Of a DNA stretch of 64,000 nt, positions 29,331 to 45,231 are shown piece after piece. This stretch comes from Eledone cirrhosa (Eukaryota), in the NCBI GenBank assembly GCA_964016885.1, contig OZ024747.1, positions 50,406,001 to 50,470,000 on the forward strand. The letters are read 5' to 3'. Below the pieces are notes generated by a model. The model had not been told where the DNA came from. It did not search any database and worked only from the letters and a program-made list of their open reading frames with translations. How positions within the stretch are numbered: the stretch's first letter is position 1; every line of letters begins with the position of its first letter. Made by a program: the position numbers and the translations under genes.

Positions 29331-29937
29331 CTACTACGCCAAGTATCGTGTACTCTGTTGAGTAATGGTCTAACTTGTTTCAAATTGAATCTCTCCTGAT
29401 ATTAACTACGATACACCGTTTCGGGGACTTTGGGTTATATACGCATATACACACATATCCTCTCATCTATAGTATATATGCTAGACCACATGTGACCCAA
29501 CGCGTCACGTTAACTAAAAAATATTTTTAAAATCATGTTCACTTAATAATAATTTTTAAATAATTTGTTGAACAGAAAATATGATTAGTACATAAAGAGA
29601 TATGTATATAATATGAAATGAAATTGGAAGGCCTATATATTTATACGTGTGTGTATGTATATATATAAATGTGTGTGTGTATACATATATATATATATAT
29701 ATGTGCGTATATATATGTGGGTGTCTGTGATCTATATACACTGATCATAGACACATATATATACACACCAACACCATCAGCTCTCTCTCTTCCATTCCCC
29801 TTCTCTGTCCCCTCTCCCTCTCTCTATGTCTCTTTTTCAATCTACTCTCACAACCACTATCTCGGAAACCCGTGGTCCGATTTACGCGAAACTTGTATTT
29901 TTCCATTATTCGCCCTTTTGGCTGTATTACATTATAG

Positions 29938-29981
<44 letters not shown>

Positions 29982-30006
29982 ACAAGCAAGCAATCACAGA
30001 GTTTTA

Positions 30007-31273
<1,267 letters not shown>

Positions 31274-31344
31274 TTACGGTAAACATTAAATATTGACGGA
31301 AATCAATTCACGCACTCTACGAACTCTGTCCACATGGGAAATAT

Positions 31345-31408
31345 CGTGTTATACATATTTCAATGAGGACAGTGACCACGTGATTCTGCCATGATCTCAT
31401 CAGATAGG
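31345..31408 (-). ncRNA. Hammerhead-like motif with intact core and weak stem I, in a PLE end starting at ~31273
   Basis: Reverse complement reads CTGATGA-gatcatggcag..ctgtcctcatt-GAAA-tatgta-TA. Confidence 0.6.
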
Positions 31409-31411
31409 GTG

Positions 31412-31638
31412 CTGGATTGGCAGTATCGGTAGAATGTCTGACGCCATGCTTTGCAGCATAGAGTTACGGCCCTTTATGATCTGAGTTCAAATCCCGCCGA
31501 GGTTAACTTTGCCTTTCATCCTTACGGTGACGATAACATAAAGTACCAGTAATGCTCTGGGGTCGAAATTAATCTATTTTCCCCCTCTCCTAAAAAATTG
31601 CTGGCCTTGTGCCTATAGTAGAAATCATTATTATTATT
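31412..31638 (+). mobile_element. tRNA-derived Deu/Nin-core SINE
   Basis: ggattggcagtatcggtaga..gagttcaaatcccgccgagg..gcctttcatccttacgg..aattgctggccttgtgcc, (ATT)n tail. Confidence 0.88.
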
Positions 31639-31869
31639 GTCGGCGATGATGATGATGATGACGGTGTTGGTGGTGATGATGATGTAGTTGACGATGATGA
31701 TGATATTGATGTTGGTGGCGTGGAAAATGATAAAGCAGTAACTAATGTTGATAAGACTACAAAACGATTTAAATGGATATTAGTTTTCAAGTGATTATTG
31801 AAGAACTATTAAAATTATATACAAACACACACACACACACACATTACACACATACATACGTACATATAT

Positions 31870-31933
<64 letters not shown>

Positions 31934-32062
31934 ATACTATTATATGTACACACACATATATATACACACATATATATATACACGTATATATACACACATA
32001 TATATATACATATATATATATATGTGAGTTTGTGTGTATGTGTATATATGTATATATATATG

Positions 32063-32134
<72 letters not shown>

Positions 32135-32212
32135 ATATATATATATACATAGATACACATACACACACACACGTATATATACATACATACATTCACATTT
32201 AAGTTATGAGTG

Positions 32213-32245
<33 letters not shown>

Positions 32246-33164
32246 ATGTATGTATATATATATGTAGATATATATAAAGGATAGCTGATAATAAACAAAC
32301 AAGAAGGAAGGAAAGTGGGAAAGAAAGAAAGAAAAGACTTATGGTAAACTATAAAAAATAAAGATAATGGATCTGTGAAAATAATGGGGAAAATATGAAA
32401 GCTAAATGAGATTAAAACAACAACAATAAGAAATAACTACAACGGCAACAACCGTAATTATTCATTTATTATACTTTCTGAAAACAATTCAGCCATTTTG
32501 AAATGTAGTACAGCGGCCATGATTGGGAAAAGTCAGTGAGTGTGGACGGAATTGATATTATCTCTCACGTGTTGGTCAATAAGGTAGATGTTGTGTTATC
32601 TATATTGTTTGCTTGGTCAATATGAATATAAAGGGAGGTGTGGGGGTGAGGGACGTGTTGGTGATCAGAGGTGTCAGGATGGGCGGGATGTGTTGATGGT
32701 CAGAGGTGTATGGGTGAGGGATGTTTGGCGGTCAGAGATGATTCCAAATCTATATATAATCGTGTAATAAGTTGTTGCTGAGAGAGCCTTAGTTTCACTT
32801 ACATTCTTTGCTAACTTACACTCTTAAACAACGGAATCCTTTTTCTATCTACTTTTTTTCTACCAGATATTAAACGACCGGCTAGGACCTGAAATGTTAA
32901 AATCACCACACCTTGACTAAATCTCTTCAAGTCAGTGATCACAGCATGGTCGCAGTCTAATGATTGAAGTCAGTAAAAGAATAAAAGAATATATATATAT
33001 ATATATAAGCATGCATACATATATACAAACATCACAGTATTCACTTATATATAAAAAAAAATATCAGGGTGAACTTCTCCATCAGAGATGACTTAATGAA
33101 GACTAGGTGTCTCTCGCGCTCTTGAGAATGTATACGTGTATACATACATACATACATACATACA

Positions 33165-33672
33165 TGGTGGCTGCCAACTTGTTTTCGAGTACGACCACTA
33201 CTTTATATCCATGTAGGAGAACCCCTGCTGATGCGCTGAACGAGTGTGACTTTTTAGTCCAGTCAGCGACTTGAAAACTCTGGTACAAACACTACACTTG
33301 TGACAATTATTGACACATAGTGCTGGGCCCATGGTACCATGTGACGACAAGTGCAGAGAGATCTCCAGATATAAAGCAATGCCTGTGCCGTGAAGCTTTT
33401 ATAGTGAGCAAAGGCACTGCACAAAGCCAGTCCCACTCTCTTAACCAAGATGATATTTACCAAAAAGAAGAACATGTCAACATCATTGGATACCATCAGA
33501 GTTGCAGGTGTTATATCAGAGTTTTCCTTCTCCTAGAATTCTGCCTTGACAAAGGCTAAGGGGTCATCTCTCCCGGTGATTTTGGATGGCCATTGACTCT
33601 TAAGAGGTCCTTTGCCCTTTGACAGGTTTTGTTTTTAGTCCTGCAGGATATCCAAAGTCACCCTCCTCATAT
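33165..33672 (-). mobile_element. RTE-related non-autonomous element with (TATG)n tail
   Basis: Reverse complement contains ctaggagaaggaaaactctga..aacacct (motif I associate with RTE 5' UTRs) and ends gcagccaccatg(tatg)n; inverted twin at 34120-34800. Confidence 0.7.
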
Positions 33673-34119
33673 ACATACATACATACATACATACATACAT
33701 ACATACATACATACACACATACATACATACATACATACATACATACATACACACATACATACATACATACATACATACATACATACATACATACATACAT
33801 ACATACATACATACATACTAACATGATGGCTGCAAACTCAAGCTAAGAGTATTGCAATCGCTTGTCAGTTTCAGATGTGTGACTTTTCAACCCTGCCAGA
33901 GACTTGCACTCCTTCGCACATTGACAACAACTATGGATCTCCCTGCTCTCAGGTCGTGCATCTGGTTGCCTGTTAATTTCGTGGCTGTTTTTATTTTCGG
34001 ATTCCACCAGTAAAGTTTAAGGTGATGTATGTATGTATGTATGTATGTTTATATGTATATGTGTATGTATGTATGTTTGTATGTATGTATGCATGTATGT
34101 GTGTATATATACATGTTAC

Positions 34120-34822
34120 ATGGTCGGGTCGTCGGCCACTAAACCGGCAACCCCACCAAGTTTACTGGACGAGGAGGGTGATTTTGGACACCCTGCAGGA
34201 CAAAAAACAAAACCTGACAAAGGGCGGAAGAACCCATAAGAGTCAACGGCAATCCAAAAATGTGTAAATATGTATATACATGTGTATGTATGTATGTATG
34301 TATGTATGTATGTATGTATGTATGTATGTATGTATGTATGTATGGAGCTCAATGATCATCCAAAGAGTTAATGGTCATCCAGAATCACAGGGAGAGATGA
34401 CCCCTTAGCTTTGTCAAGGCAGAATTCTAGGAGAAGGAAAACTCTGATATAACACCTGCAACCCTGATGGTATCCAATGATGTTGACTTGTTCTTCTTTT
34501 TGGTAAATATCATCTTGGTTAAGAGAGTAGGACTGGCTTTGTGCAGTGCCTTTGCTCACTATAAAAGCTTCACAGCACAGGCATTGCTTTATATCTGGAG
34601 ATCTCTCTGCACTTGTTGTCACATGGTACCATGGGCCCAGCACTATGTATCAATAATTGTCACAAATGTAGTGTTTGTACCAGAGTTTTCAAGTCGCTGG
34701 CTGGACTAAAAAGTCACACTCGTTCAGCGCATCGGTAGGCGTTCTCCTACATGGATATAAAGTAGTGGCCGTACTCGAAAATGAGTTGGCAGCCACCATG
34801 TATGTATGTATGTATGTATGCA
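34120..34822 (+). mobile_element. Same element in plus orientation, interrupted by (TATG)n at ~34265-34345
   Basis: About 90% identical to the reverse complement of 33165-33600 over ~440 bp (by eye). Confidence 0.75.
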
Positions 34823-34859
34823 TGTTTTCTCTTTCTCTTAATTTCGAGTATATTTTTTT

Positions 34860-35170
34860 GACCGGCCACCTTCCTGGTGGCAAGGTTGTAAAAGAAAAGA
34901 AATTGTCATCCCTTGAATCGCAAGAATGTTTTGCAAATTTTGAAGGTGCCAGCTATCGCAGCCATTTGCAGACTATGAATTAGGGAGCTGCGCTTTTTGT
35001 CTGCAAATCCAAGTTCAGTCATAGTTTGGTCCAAGCGGGTTGGTATATAACCCGTAGCACCAATAATGATGAGTATGAAGCTAAAGGTGTATCTTGGATA
35101 CTGGATTTGTAAACTTCTCATCAATGGTCCGTATTTTTCTGACAACGTTTACATCAAGTGGGCAGCTGAT
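34860..35170 (-). mobile_element. 3' fragment of an RLE-type LINE (R4/Dong-like)
   Basis: EKYGPL..IIIGATGYIPTRL..LGF..IHSLQMAAIAGTFKICKTFL matches the restriction-like endonuclease C-terminus pattern. Confidence 0.75.
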
Positions 35171-35548
35171 CTCCAATGTATGTATGAGTATGTATATGCG
35201 CGGGGATATAGAAATAATCAGGCTGGATACCCGATCGCGCGGTTAAACCAGTGGGAGTGAAGGACCCCCTAGCCTTTGTTAGATATTCTTCTTGGAGAAG
35301 GCAACTCAGGAAACTGGGATAACTCCGACATAAAACCTGCAGCTCAGTAGTTACCGATGATGTTGATCTTTTCTTCTTTTCGGGTTATAGCTACTGTTGC
35401 TCAGAGAGTGGGATTGGCTCAGTACACAGTATTTCCTCACTTTAAAAAATATTTACGCACAGGCATTGCACAATAGAATTAATTGATAATTATTGATAAT
35501 GTTATATCGTGCAATGACCATACTCGATAACGAGGAGGCAGCTATCAC

Positions 35549-35607
<59 letters not shown>

Positions 35608-35610
35608 ACA

Positions 35611-35691
<81 letters not shown>

Positions 35692-35693
<2 letters not shown>

Positions 35694-36014
35694 GGGATAA
35701 CAAGTTATCGTTATAGGTAATCCAGTTAGAGGTTGTGAGTACTCTGCTTCGTGGATAGTTTTAAAGTACGGCCTTGTTTGACTCAACAAGATGCTTAATA
35801 GTTAGGCAGCGAGTTCGCGGTAATTCGTATGCAGGTTATACTTGGAGTAATAATAGTGAAAGATTGAAGAGGTGAATAATGTAATGGAGATCGAGTGACG
35901 CAACTTCGAGCGATTAGCGGCCTCTAGACTCACCTGATCAATGAAACAATTGTTAACACCTAAAATAAAGCCCCTTGTTGTACAGCCAACCATGTTACTC
36001 TTCATTCTTTGACT
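35692..36014 (+). mobile_element. TA-flanked ~320-bp repeat (solo-LTR-like or MITE, unclassified)
   Basis: Ends shared with 23469-23562; AATAAA ~50 nt before the end. Confidence 0.45.
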
Positions 36015-36142
36015 ATATATTTATATGTATATATGTATATATATATATATATAATGGAAAAATTTGAACAGGGACAAAACAGAGAGGCAGTACAACGAAT
36101 GTTTATTAATTTCACGCTCTGGAGAGTGGGGTGTTGGTGGGG

Positions 36143-36177
36143 GACGACGTTTCGGGCATAAGCCCTTCCTCAGGTGA
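36143..36177 (-). ncRNA. Minimal PLE-type hammerhead motif
   Basis: Reverse complement reads CTGAGGA-a-gggc-ttat-gccc-GAAA-cgtcg-TC, with downstream AATAAA then (TA)n; stem I poor. Confidence 0.7.
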
Positions 36178-36485
36178 GAAGTTTGTGGGAACAGAGTTCA
36201 AAGGGTGTGTAGGGGAGTGGTGGAGAGACATATAGCGAAAGGAAACGGTGCGAATGAAAAAATAAAAAATAAAGATAAAAATAAAAATAAAGCATGATCA
36301 AAATACAAGGAATGAGATAAATTTAAATATAAAGGCATGATCAAAATAAACTGAAATTAAAAGGGGGTGGGGGGTAAAACAGGTGGTGGAAGGGTGTGGG
36401 GTGTGTAGCGGTGGTGGCGGGTGGAGTGGGGAGAGGGAGACGGGGTGTCCGAGCGGGGAGGGCTGAAGGTGGTGTGTGTGTGTAG

Positions 36486-36516
<31 letters not shown>

Positions 36517-37151
36517 GGTGTGTATGTGAAAGTAAGGGTTGGGGGAAGATCGGGGTTGCATGTTCAGGAAGAGGTGTGTGTGTGGGGGGGGGTCGGAGTG
36601 TCTGTGCGTGTGTGGATAGAGGGGTGGGGGGAGAGGAATCAGGAGGCTGAGGGTGTAAATATGTGGTGGAAAGCACGCGTGTGTGGGGTTTAAGCGTGTT
36701 GTGGGTGTAGGTGGCGTGTGGAGAAAAACATTTTTTTGGGGTGTGTGTGTGGGTGAGTTATATAGGTGATTACGTAAGAGGATGGTTGAAGAGTAGGAAT
36801 ATGTATGTATGATCCAGATATGTTTACATGTTTCTCTGTATGATTACACGGTAGTGATAGTATATATGCAAGTCTGCAGGTATATAACAAGCTACATTGT
36901 TTCTATATACTACACTTTATCTATCTATGTTAGTTTATGTTCATCATCACGGCCACATATTCCTTACACAAGCTTTTCTTATTATATTTATGTTCTTAAG
37001 TTAAAAAAATTCTTAAGTTAAAAATTCTTAAGTTAAAAAAATTCTTAAGTTAAAAAAATAAAGACCACATTTAACAAACTACTCAATGCAGACTAATATA
37101 TTTATATGTATATTATATATACACACATATATGTGTGTATATATAGTTATT

Positions 37152-37237
<86 letters not shown>

Positions 37238-37290
37238 TATATATGTATATATATATAAATATGTGTGTATGTACATACATACATACATAC

Positions 37291-37348
<58 letters not shown>

Positions 37349-37350
<2 letters not shown>

Positions 37351-37554
37351 CGAAGGAGGTGTGGCAAGGAACCAGATGGACCATAACGCACTAGAGTACT
37401 CAATACTTAGGGTAGTAGAGTGGATAATAGGAAAAAGTTTAACCCCGACGGCAGAGCTCAAGCCGTTTCGACGGCTATTTCTGGACTAAATTTAGTCCAG
37501 AAATAGCCGTCGAAACGGCTTGAGCTCTGCCGTCGGGGTTAAACTTTTTCCTAT
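37349..37554 (-). mobile_element. Fold-back mini-PLE: perfect 128-bp palindrome (37427-37554) plus ~78-nt tail, in (TA)n
   Basis: Centre ggactaaa|tttagtcc with 64-bp arms; tail homologous to 22000-22070 and 29330-29380. Confidence 0.88.
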
Positions 37555-37597
37555 ATATATATATATATATATTAAAGGAATATATTTTTCATAATTG

Positions 37598-37633
<36 letters not shown>

Positions 37634-38034
37634 GAGTGAGCAAGTGAGAGAAAGATCTAGAGAGAAAGAGAGAAAGAAAGGGAGAAATAAAACCACATTA
37701 GCAACTGCAGCAATAGTATTGTACATAAGTGTCTAGCTTGTGTGTTTGTATAGTTGTTAGTAGAAATGGCCTTTGTAGCACAAGAGAAGCTTCTAAAAAC
37801 TAAGTTATAAAAGAGTTATAATATGGCTATTTATGTCGTGTTATTTACTTGATCGGAAAATATAGAGACGTACGGCAGAGAAATTGAAATGGGCCGCCAT
37901 TACATTACATTACATATGTATGGAGAGAAGAATGGATGTATTTCAAATTGAGTGTGATCGTGTGTATGTGTGTGTGTGTGTGTGTGTGTATGTGTGTGTG
38001 TGCACGCGTGTATAAGTATGTATATATATGTATG

Positions 38035-38148
<114 letters not shown>

Positions 38149-39266
38149 GAAACGAACAAACAAACAAGAATATATGTGTATATGGTATGTGTGAATATTC
38201 CTGTGTGTATATTCCTGTGTGTATATTCGTGTGTGTATGTGTGTGTGAATGTGTGTGTGTGAGTGTGTAAAAGCTGTAAATATATGATTTACAGTATCTA
38301 AATGAATATTTATATGTTGCTTAAATACGCCAATGAAAATTACCTGTGTATGTATGTATGTATGTATGTATGTATGTATGTATGTATGTATGTATGTATG
38401 TATGTATGTATGTATGTAGGTATGTAGTCAGGTATATGCGTGTAGGTTTGTTTGAATGTATGTGTAAACCTATAACTATTACTAATGTTATCAGATAAGC
38501 TAGCATTCTTTTAAACACTAGTGTCTATACACATGCCTCATACATACGTAATATATGTGTATATATATATATAATCACACACACATACACACATATATAT
38601 ATATGTGTGTGTGTAGAGGTATGTATGTATTTTATAAGTTTACAAGCAAAGAAAGACCATTTGTGAATGTTGAAATTATAAATCAATGTAAATGGAGGTG
38701 CCAAACTTTGGTCTGCAGTGGTAAAAATATGTATATCTATTCATAAAGTTGTAGCAAAAGTATATATTGATAGAAAGGATTAGAAAAATTTGTGTTCTCC
38801 TAAAAGGTAAAATATAGGTATATGCAAAGCAACACCACGCCTAACGTGCAGCTTCCATTGTAAACCATTGCAGTTGCGTAATAACTGAAGCGATGACCAC
38901 GTAAAGGCGAAAGCCTATTGTAAAAGGCAATATTTTTGCAGTATAATTCAAAGGGACAGGATCGTGCCTGGTCTGTAAGCAAGGGAGTTCTCTGATCTTC
39001 AGCCATATCTAAACCAAACTCTTTCAGGTCAGTGAACAAACGTAAGACCGAACAATAGAAGAAAGCAACTAGATTACGTAGCTATGCTATTACCATACGT
39101 GACATTCTCGAAGCTTCACAAGAACTCTCAGCTTTTTCTACATCTATACTGGCATTTATGTGTGAACGAGTGTGGCTATGTATGTATTTATGTTTATATG
39201 CGTATACATATATGGGTGCACATATCTTTATATGTATAATCTTTATACACATTTATATGGAGTTAA

Positions 39267-39328
<62 letters not shown>

Positions 39329-39329
39329 C

Positions 39330-39360
<31 letters not shown>

Positions 39361-39382
39361 ATATATCGATAATATATATATC

Positions 39383-39426
<44 letters not shown>

Positions 39427-39510
39427 TATATATGAATAGGAATATATTTATGTATACATATATAGACATAAATATAAATATATATATATATATATATAAA
39501 TATATATATA

Positions 39511-39704
<194 letters not shown>

Positions 39705-39942
39705 TGTATGTATCTATGAGTGCCTTTGCGTATGCTGGTATGCATGTATGTATGCATGTACGAGTGTAGAAATATGGATGTGTATAGAAGTGTGTGTGAA
39801 ACTTTGTACTGGTTCTTGTGCGTGTGTGAGTAAGCTACGAACGTATGTATATGTATGCATGGTTCCATGTGTGTGTTTGGATTTATGCGTGTGGGCGTTT
39901 GCTTTAAGCATGATTATACGGCTGTATTAGTATATTTATATA

Positions 39943-40009
<67 letters not shown>

Positions 40010-40150
40010 GTGTGTGTGATATGGGGGCGATTATTTCATTATGGGTATTGCATATATGTATAGATACATAGGCAAATCTACAGGTATATATATGCATAGG
40101 TATAGATAGATGTATATATAGTGTAATACACATAGACAAGGATTTGCATG

Positions 40151-40238
<88 letters not shown>

Positions 40239-40247
40239 CACACACAT

Positions 40248-40344
<97 letters not shown>

Positions 40345-40366
40345 CATATTGATATATATATATTTA

Positions 40367-40434
<68 letters not shown>

Positions 40435-40519
40435 TTACATACATGCATTTTGCTACTTTTATACATACTCATGCATTCATGCACACGATAACCACGATCC
40501 TTTAAACGTATATGTATAT

Positions 40520-40616
<97 letters not shown>

Positions 40617-40854
40617 TATATATATATATACATACACACATATATATACATGTAATTTCAGTTGTGCATGTGCACATGTTTGTATATTATATACAAATGA
40701 GTATGAATATCAGCATAAATGAAAATGGGGAGAGAGAGAGGAGGGGGGGGGGGGGTTGAATATATTTATCATATATACAACACGTACATGCAGTACATGT
40801 TGAAGTGTATATATACTTAACTCTTTGTGTACACATCAATATCACTGCCTTCAA

Positions 40855-40925
<71 letters not shown>

Positions 40926-40926
40926 C

Positions 40927-40985
<59 letters not shown>

Positions 40986-40990
40986 CATAC

Positions 40991-41045
<55 letters not shown>

Positions 41046-41067
41046 TATATTCACACGCACACGCACA

Positions 41068-41106
<39 letters not shown>

Positions 41107-41308
41107 ATATTTTGCACGAAACAGATATTTGCACGCGTACGCATATGCTTAAATAAAAAAATATATATATATGTATGTGTGTGTGTGTGTGGGTGGGTGT
41201 GTGTGTAGCTATAATAAATGTAAGGAAAACGTAAGGAGTTTTCACACACACACACACACACACGTAATGTTTAGTTACGTGTACATACATACACACATAC
41301 AAACTCAC

Positions 41309-41367
<59 letters not shown>

Positions 41368-41471
41368 TGTTACACACATACATATATACATACATACATA
41401 TATAAATACATATATATACACACATATATATATACATACATACATACATACATGCATACATGCATACATGC

Positions 41472-41557
<86 letters not shown>

Positions 41558-41656
41558 CACACATACATATATACATACATATATACATACATATATATAC
41601 ACACACACATATATATATACATACATACATACATATATGCATACATGCATACATGC

Positions 41657-41713
<57 letters not shown>

Positions 41714-42171
41714 CATTCATACATACATACATACATACATACATACACACATACATACATACATACATACATACATACATACATACATACATACATACAT
41801 ACATTTATATATGCAATTTAGATAAGCTGCTGCCGGAACAACAATACGAAAACATTAGCTAAATAGATGGGGAATGTTTCCAATATAGAGGAAATAGTCA
41901 TGAATAGTACAAGATGGCGTATTTTAACTTATTTCTATACTCCCTTTGAACAACGATATTCTATTGAATGTTAGAGTGTCAGTGGAATTAGGAAAGGGTT
42001 ATGTTGTTATTGTTGTTGTCACTCATGCTGATGTTATTGATGTTGGTGGTGATCATGCTGTGTGTTTATGTGTGGGGGGTAGTCTTTGCAGAGGCTGTGT
42101 CGATGGTTGTGGGATAAAAAGAGAAGGATGGTTGGAAACAAAATGAGGACGTACACACATTTTTGCAATAT

Positions 42172-42306
<135 letters not shown>

Positions 42307-42350
42307 TATATATACACATATATATATATGTATATAAATATATATATATG

Positions 42351-42390
<40 letters not shown>

Positions 42391-42404
42391 AATATATATA
42401 TATG

Positions 42405-42478
<74 letters not shown>

Positions 42479-42740
42479 CTTGTTTGTGTTTGTTTTATTA
42501 TTTTCTATTCTAGTTGTTTTTTTTTCTTATTTCGTTTTTCTGTGGTTGGGGTTGATAATAGTATTGATGTTGATGTTGATGATAGGCGTGTAGATGGCGG
42601 GGTGTGTGATATGATGGGGAAGGGGTGGCGGTTAGGGGTTGGTAAAGAGGCGTTTTACTTTTCATACAATCAGCTTGAACGGACACAAAACTGTCCGAAG
42701 TTATCCACATTAAACGATGTATATAAATATATATATACAT

Positions 42741-42858
<118 letters not shown>

Positions 42859-42879
42859 TTATATAACCCTTACCCTTTA

Positions 42880-42915
<36 letters not shown>

Positions 42916-43369
42916 ATGAGTATGTGTCTATGTATATATATATATACATATACATATACATACATATAAATACACACATATATACGTAAATAGATATATG
43001 TACCCATATATAAATATATGTGTGTGTGTGTGTGTGTGAATTTATGTATGTATGTACGTGTGCATATGTAGGTATGTAAGTATGCATGTGTGTGTGTGTG
43101 TGTATGTGAATGTGTATTATATGTATGTCTATATATATTCATGAAGGTATATAACAGAATTGATGAAATTAAACGTAAATACGTGGACGTCCACACTGGA
43201 AACTGTTTTTCTTAGAAATGGTAATACACAGAACATGCAGACACTGTGATATGTACACGCATATGATTTAATGTTCGAAAACTGCCACCGAATATCTATC
43301 GTTTAAAGCAGAAACAACCCCTTCTCCCCCACTGAGATGGGGGTGGGGGATGAGATGGGGGGGGGGGGG

Positions 43370-44025
43370 GGGTGAGATAGAGAGGGATAGAGATAGAGAT
43401 AGAGATAGAGATAGAGATATGTAGATAGAGGGAGAGAGTGAGGTGGAGAGAGATAGTGGGGTGGATGGGGGATATAGAGAGAGAGAGGGATGGAGGGAGA
43501 GAGAGAAGGGGTAGCGGAGGGACAGAGAGAGGGGGATGGAGGGAGGGAGAGAGATAGAGAGAGATGGAGAGAGGGATGGAGGGAGAGAGAGATGTGGGGG
43601 GGTGCACATAGAGGGGGGTGGAGGGAGAGAGAGATGGAGGGAGAGAGATAGAGAGAGGTGGAGAGAGGGATGGAGGGAGAGAGGAGGGGTGGAGGGAGAT
43701 AGAGAGAGAGAGAGGGGGATGGAGGGAGAGAGAGAGGGGGATGTTGGGAGAGAGAGATGGAGGGAGATAGAGATGGAGGGAGAGAGATAGAGAGAGGTGG
43801 AGAGAGGGATGGATGGAGAGAGATAGAAAGAGATGAGAGAGAGAGAGAGCTTGAGGGAGAGAGAGATGGAGGGTGAGCGAGAGATCGAGGGAGAGAGAGA
43901 TGGAGGGAAAGAGAGACGGCAGGGGAGAGAGAAATGGAGGGAGAGAGAGTGAGAGGGCGATGGAGGGAGAGAGAGATTGAGGACGAGAGAGAGAGAGGGG
44001 GAGGGAGAGAGAGAGGGAGAGATGA
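43370..44025. repeat. GA-rich polypurine low-complexity tract
   Basis: gagagatggagg-like degenerate units. Confidence 0.9.
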
Positions 44026-44319
44026 GCCTCTGGGCTATTTTTAGCAGAGTTCTCTCTTTTGCCATCTATTGCTGTGTGTATCCTGTTTGCAAGAGGCGAC
44101 TAAAAGTATTGTTACCAGAAAGGATAAGAAAACTTTACCTAAAAACAAAGAACCCATGAAAAAATATGAATGTTGCAATGGCGCCCCTAAATTTAACCCC
44201 TACTTTAACTCGAGGAATATTCTTAAAATACTCTTCTTATGGTTGTAATGATATTTGTTTTCAGTTTATTTATGTAATTGATTTCTTAGTGCTCGTGTGT
44301 TTTTGTTGTGTGTTATTTT

Positions 44320-44357
<38 letters not shown>

Positions 44358-44389
44358 ATTAATACTCTTGCTGGTGTTGTGTTGCTGCG

Positions 44390-45070
44390 TGTATCCGGTT
44401 TAGAATATGTACGCAATATCCCTGCGTGTCGTAAGAGGTGACTAAAATGATTGGTCCCGAGAAGGACAATCCACTGTAACACATTGCCGAAAACACAATA
44501 CCTAGTGCTATGTATGAAGTGTGTCATGAGATCCGAAAGGCTAACCCCTGATTTAGAAAGGAAAATTGCGCTAAAACGTTTGTTGGTCACCTTTGCAGAC
44601 ATACAGACCAGTTCTCTGGTTTGTGGATAACTTCTTTCTTTCCTGCCACCAGTCTTGGGGTGGGTGGGAGGCCAACAATGGCCCCGTGCTCTTCTAGTAT
44701 TCCTCTTCTTAGAAAGTCATGTAAAAAAAAATAAAGTCAGAATCGTCTTTTCGATTTCGAATAACGGCGAGCATCTCTTTGCTTCAACACTCAGAAGCAC
44801 CATGGGTCCAGTGGAAGACACTCAACCGCCTGAGAACAGGAATGGGGTGATCAAAAGCTGCTATGGCCAGATGGAGCTACAAGACTGGGGCCCAACCATC
44901 TGCGAATGCGAAGAGGTGGACCATACGATGCAGCACCGCCTTGTTTGCCCCTCTACTACCCAACCAGTACAGCTTAAAAGATCTCGCAGAATTTAATAAT
45001 AATACAAGGGAATGTGTGGGAAACTGTCATATAACCCCATGCTTCGAAGATACGAAAAGAAGAAGAAGAA
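44390..45070 (+). mobile_element. Internally deleted RTE-X-like LINE (5' UTR-like motif + C-terminal zinc finger + (AGA)n tail)
   Basis: ccctgcgtgtcgtaagaggtgactaaa near the 5' end; WVQWKTLNRLRTGMG*SKAAMARW..ICECEEVDHTMQHRLVCP; ends gatacgaaaagaagaagaagaa. Confidence 0.75.
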
Positions 45071-45231
45071 CACTTCACTCAGATTGTATCAGTTGTTGTT
45101 GTTTCAACACGAAATCACCCTCACCATGACCAAACAAGACTTATGATAAATAAGCTGTCCAACCGTGAGTATCCCGTCTTTTTAGGCTTAAATAGAGTTA
45201 CATCATAGTATGTGTCCTTCTCACTTGCCAT

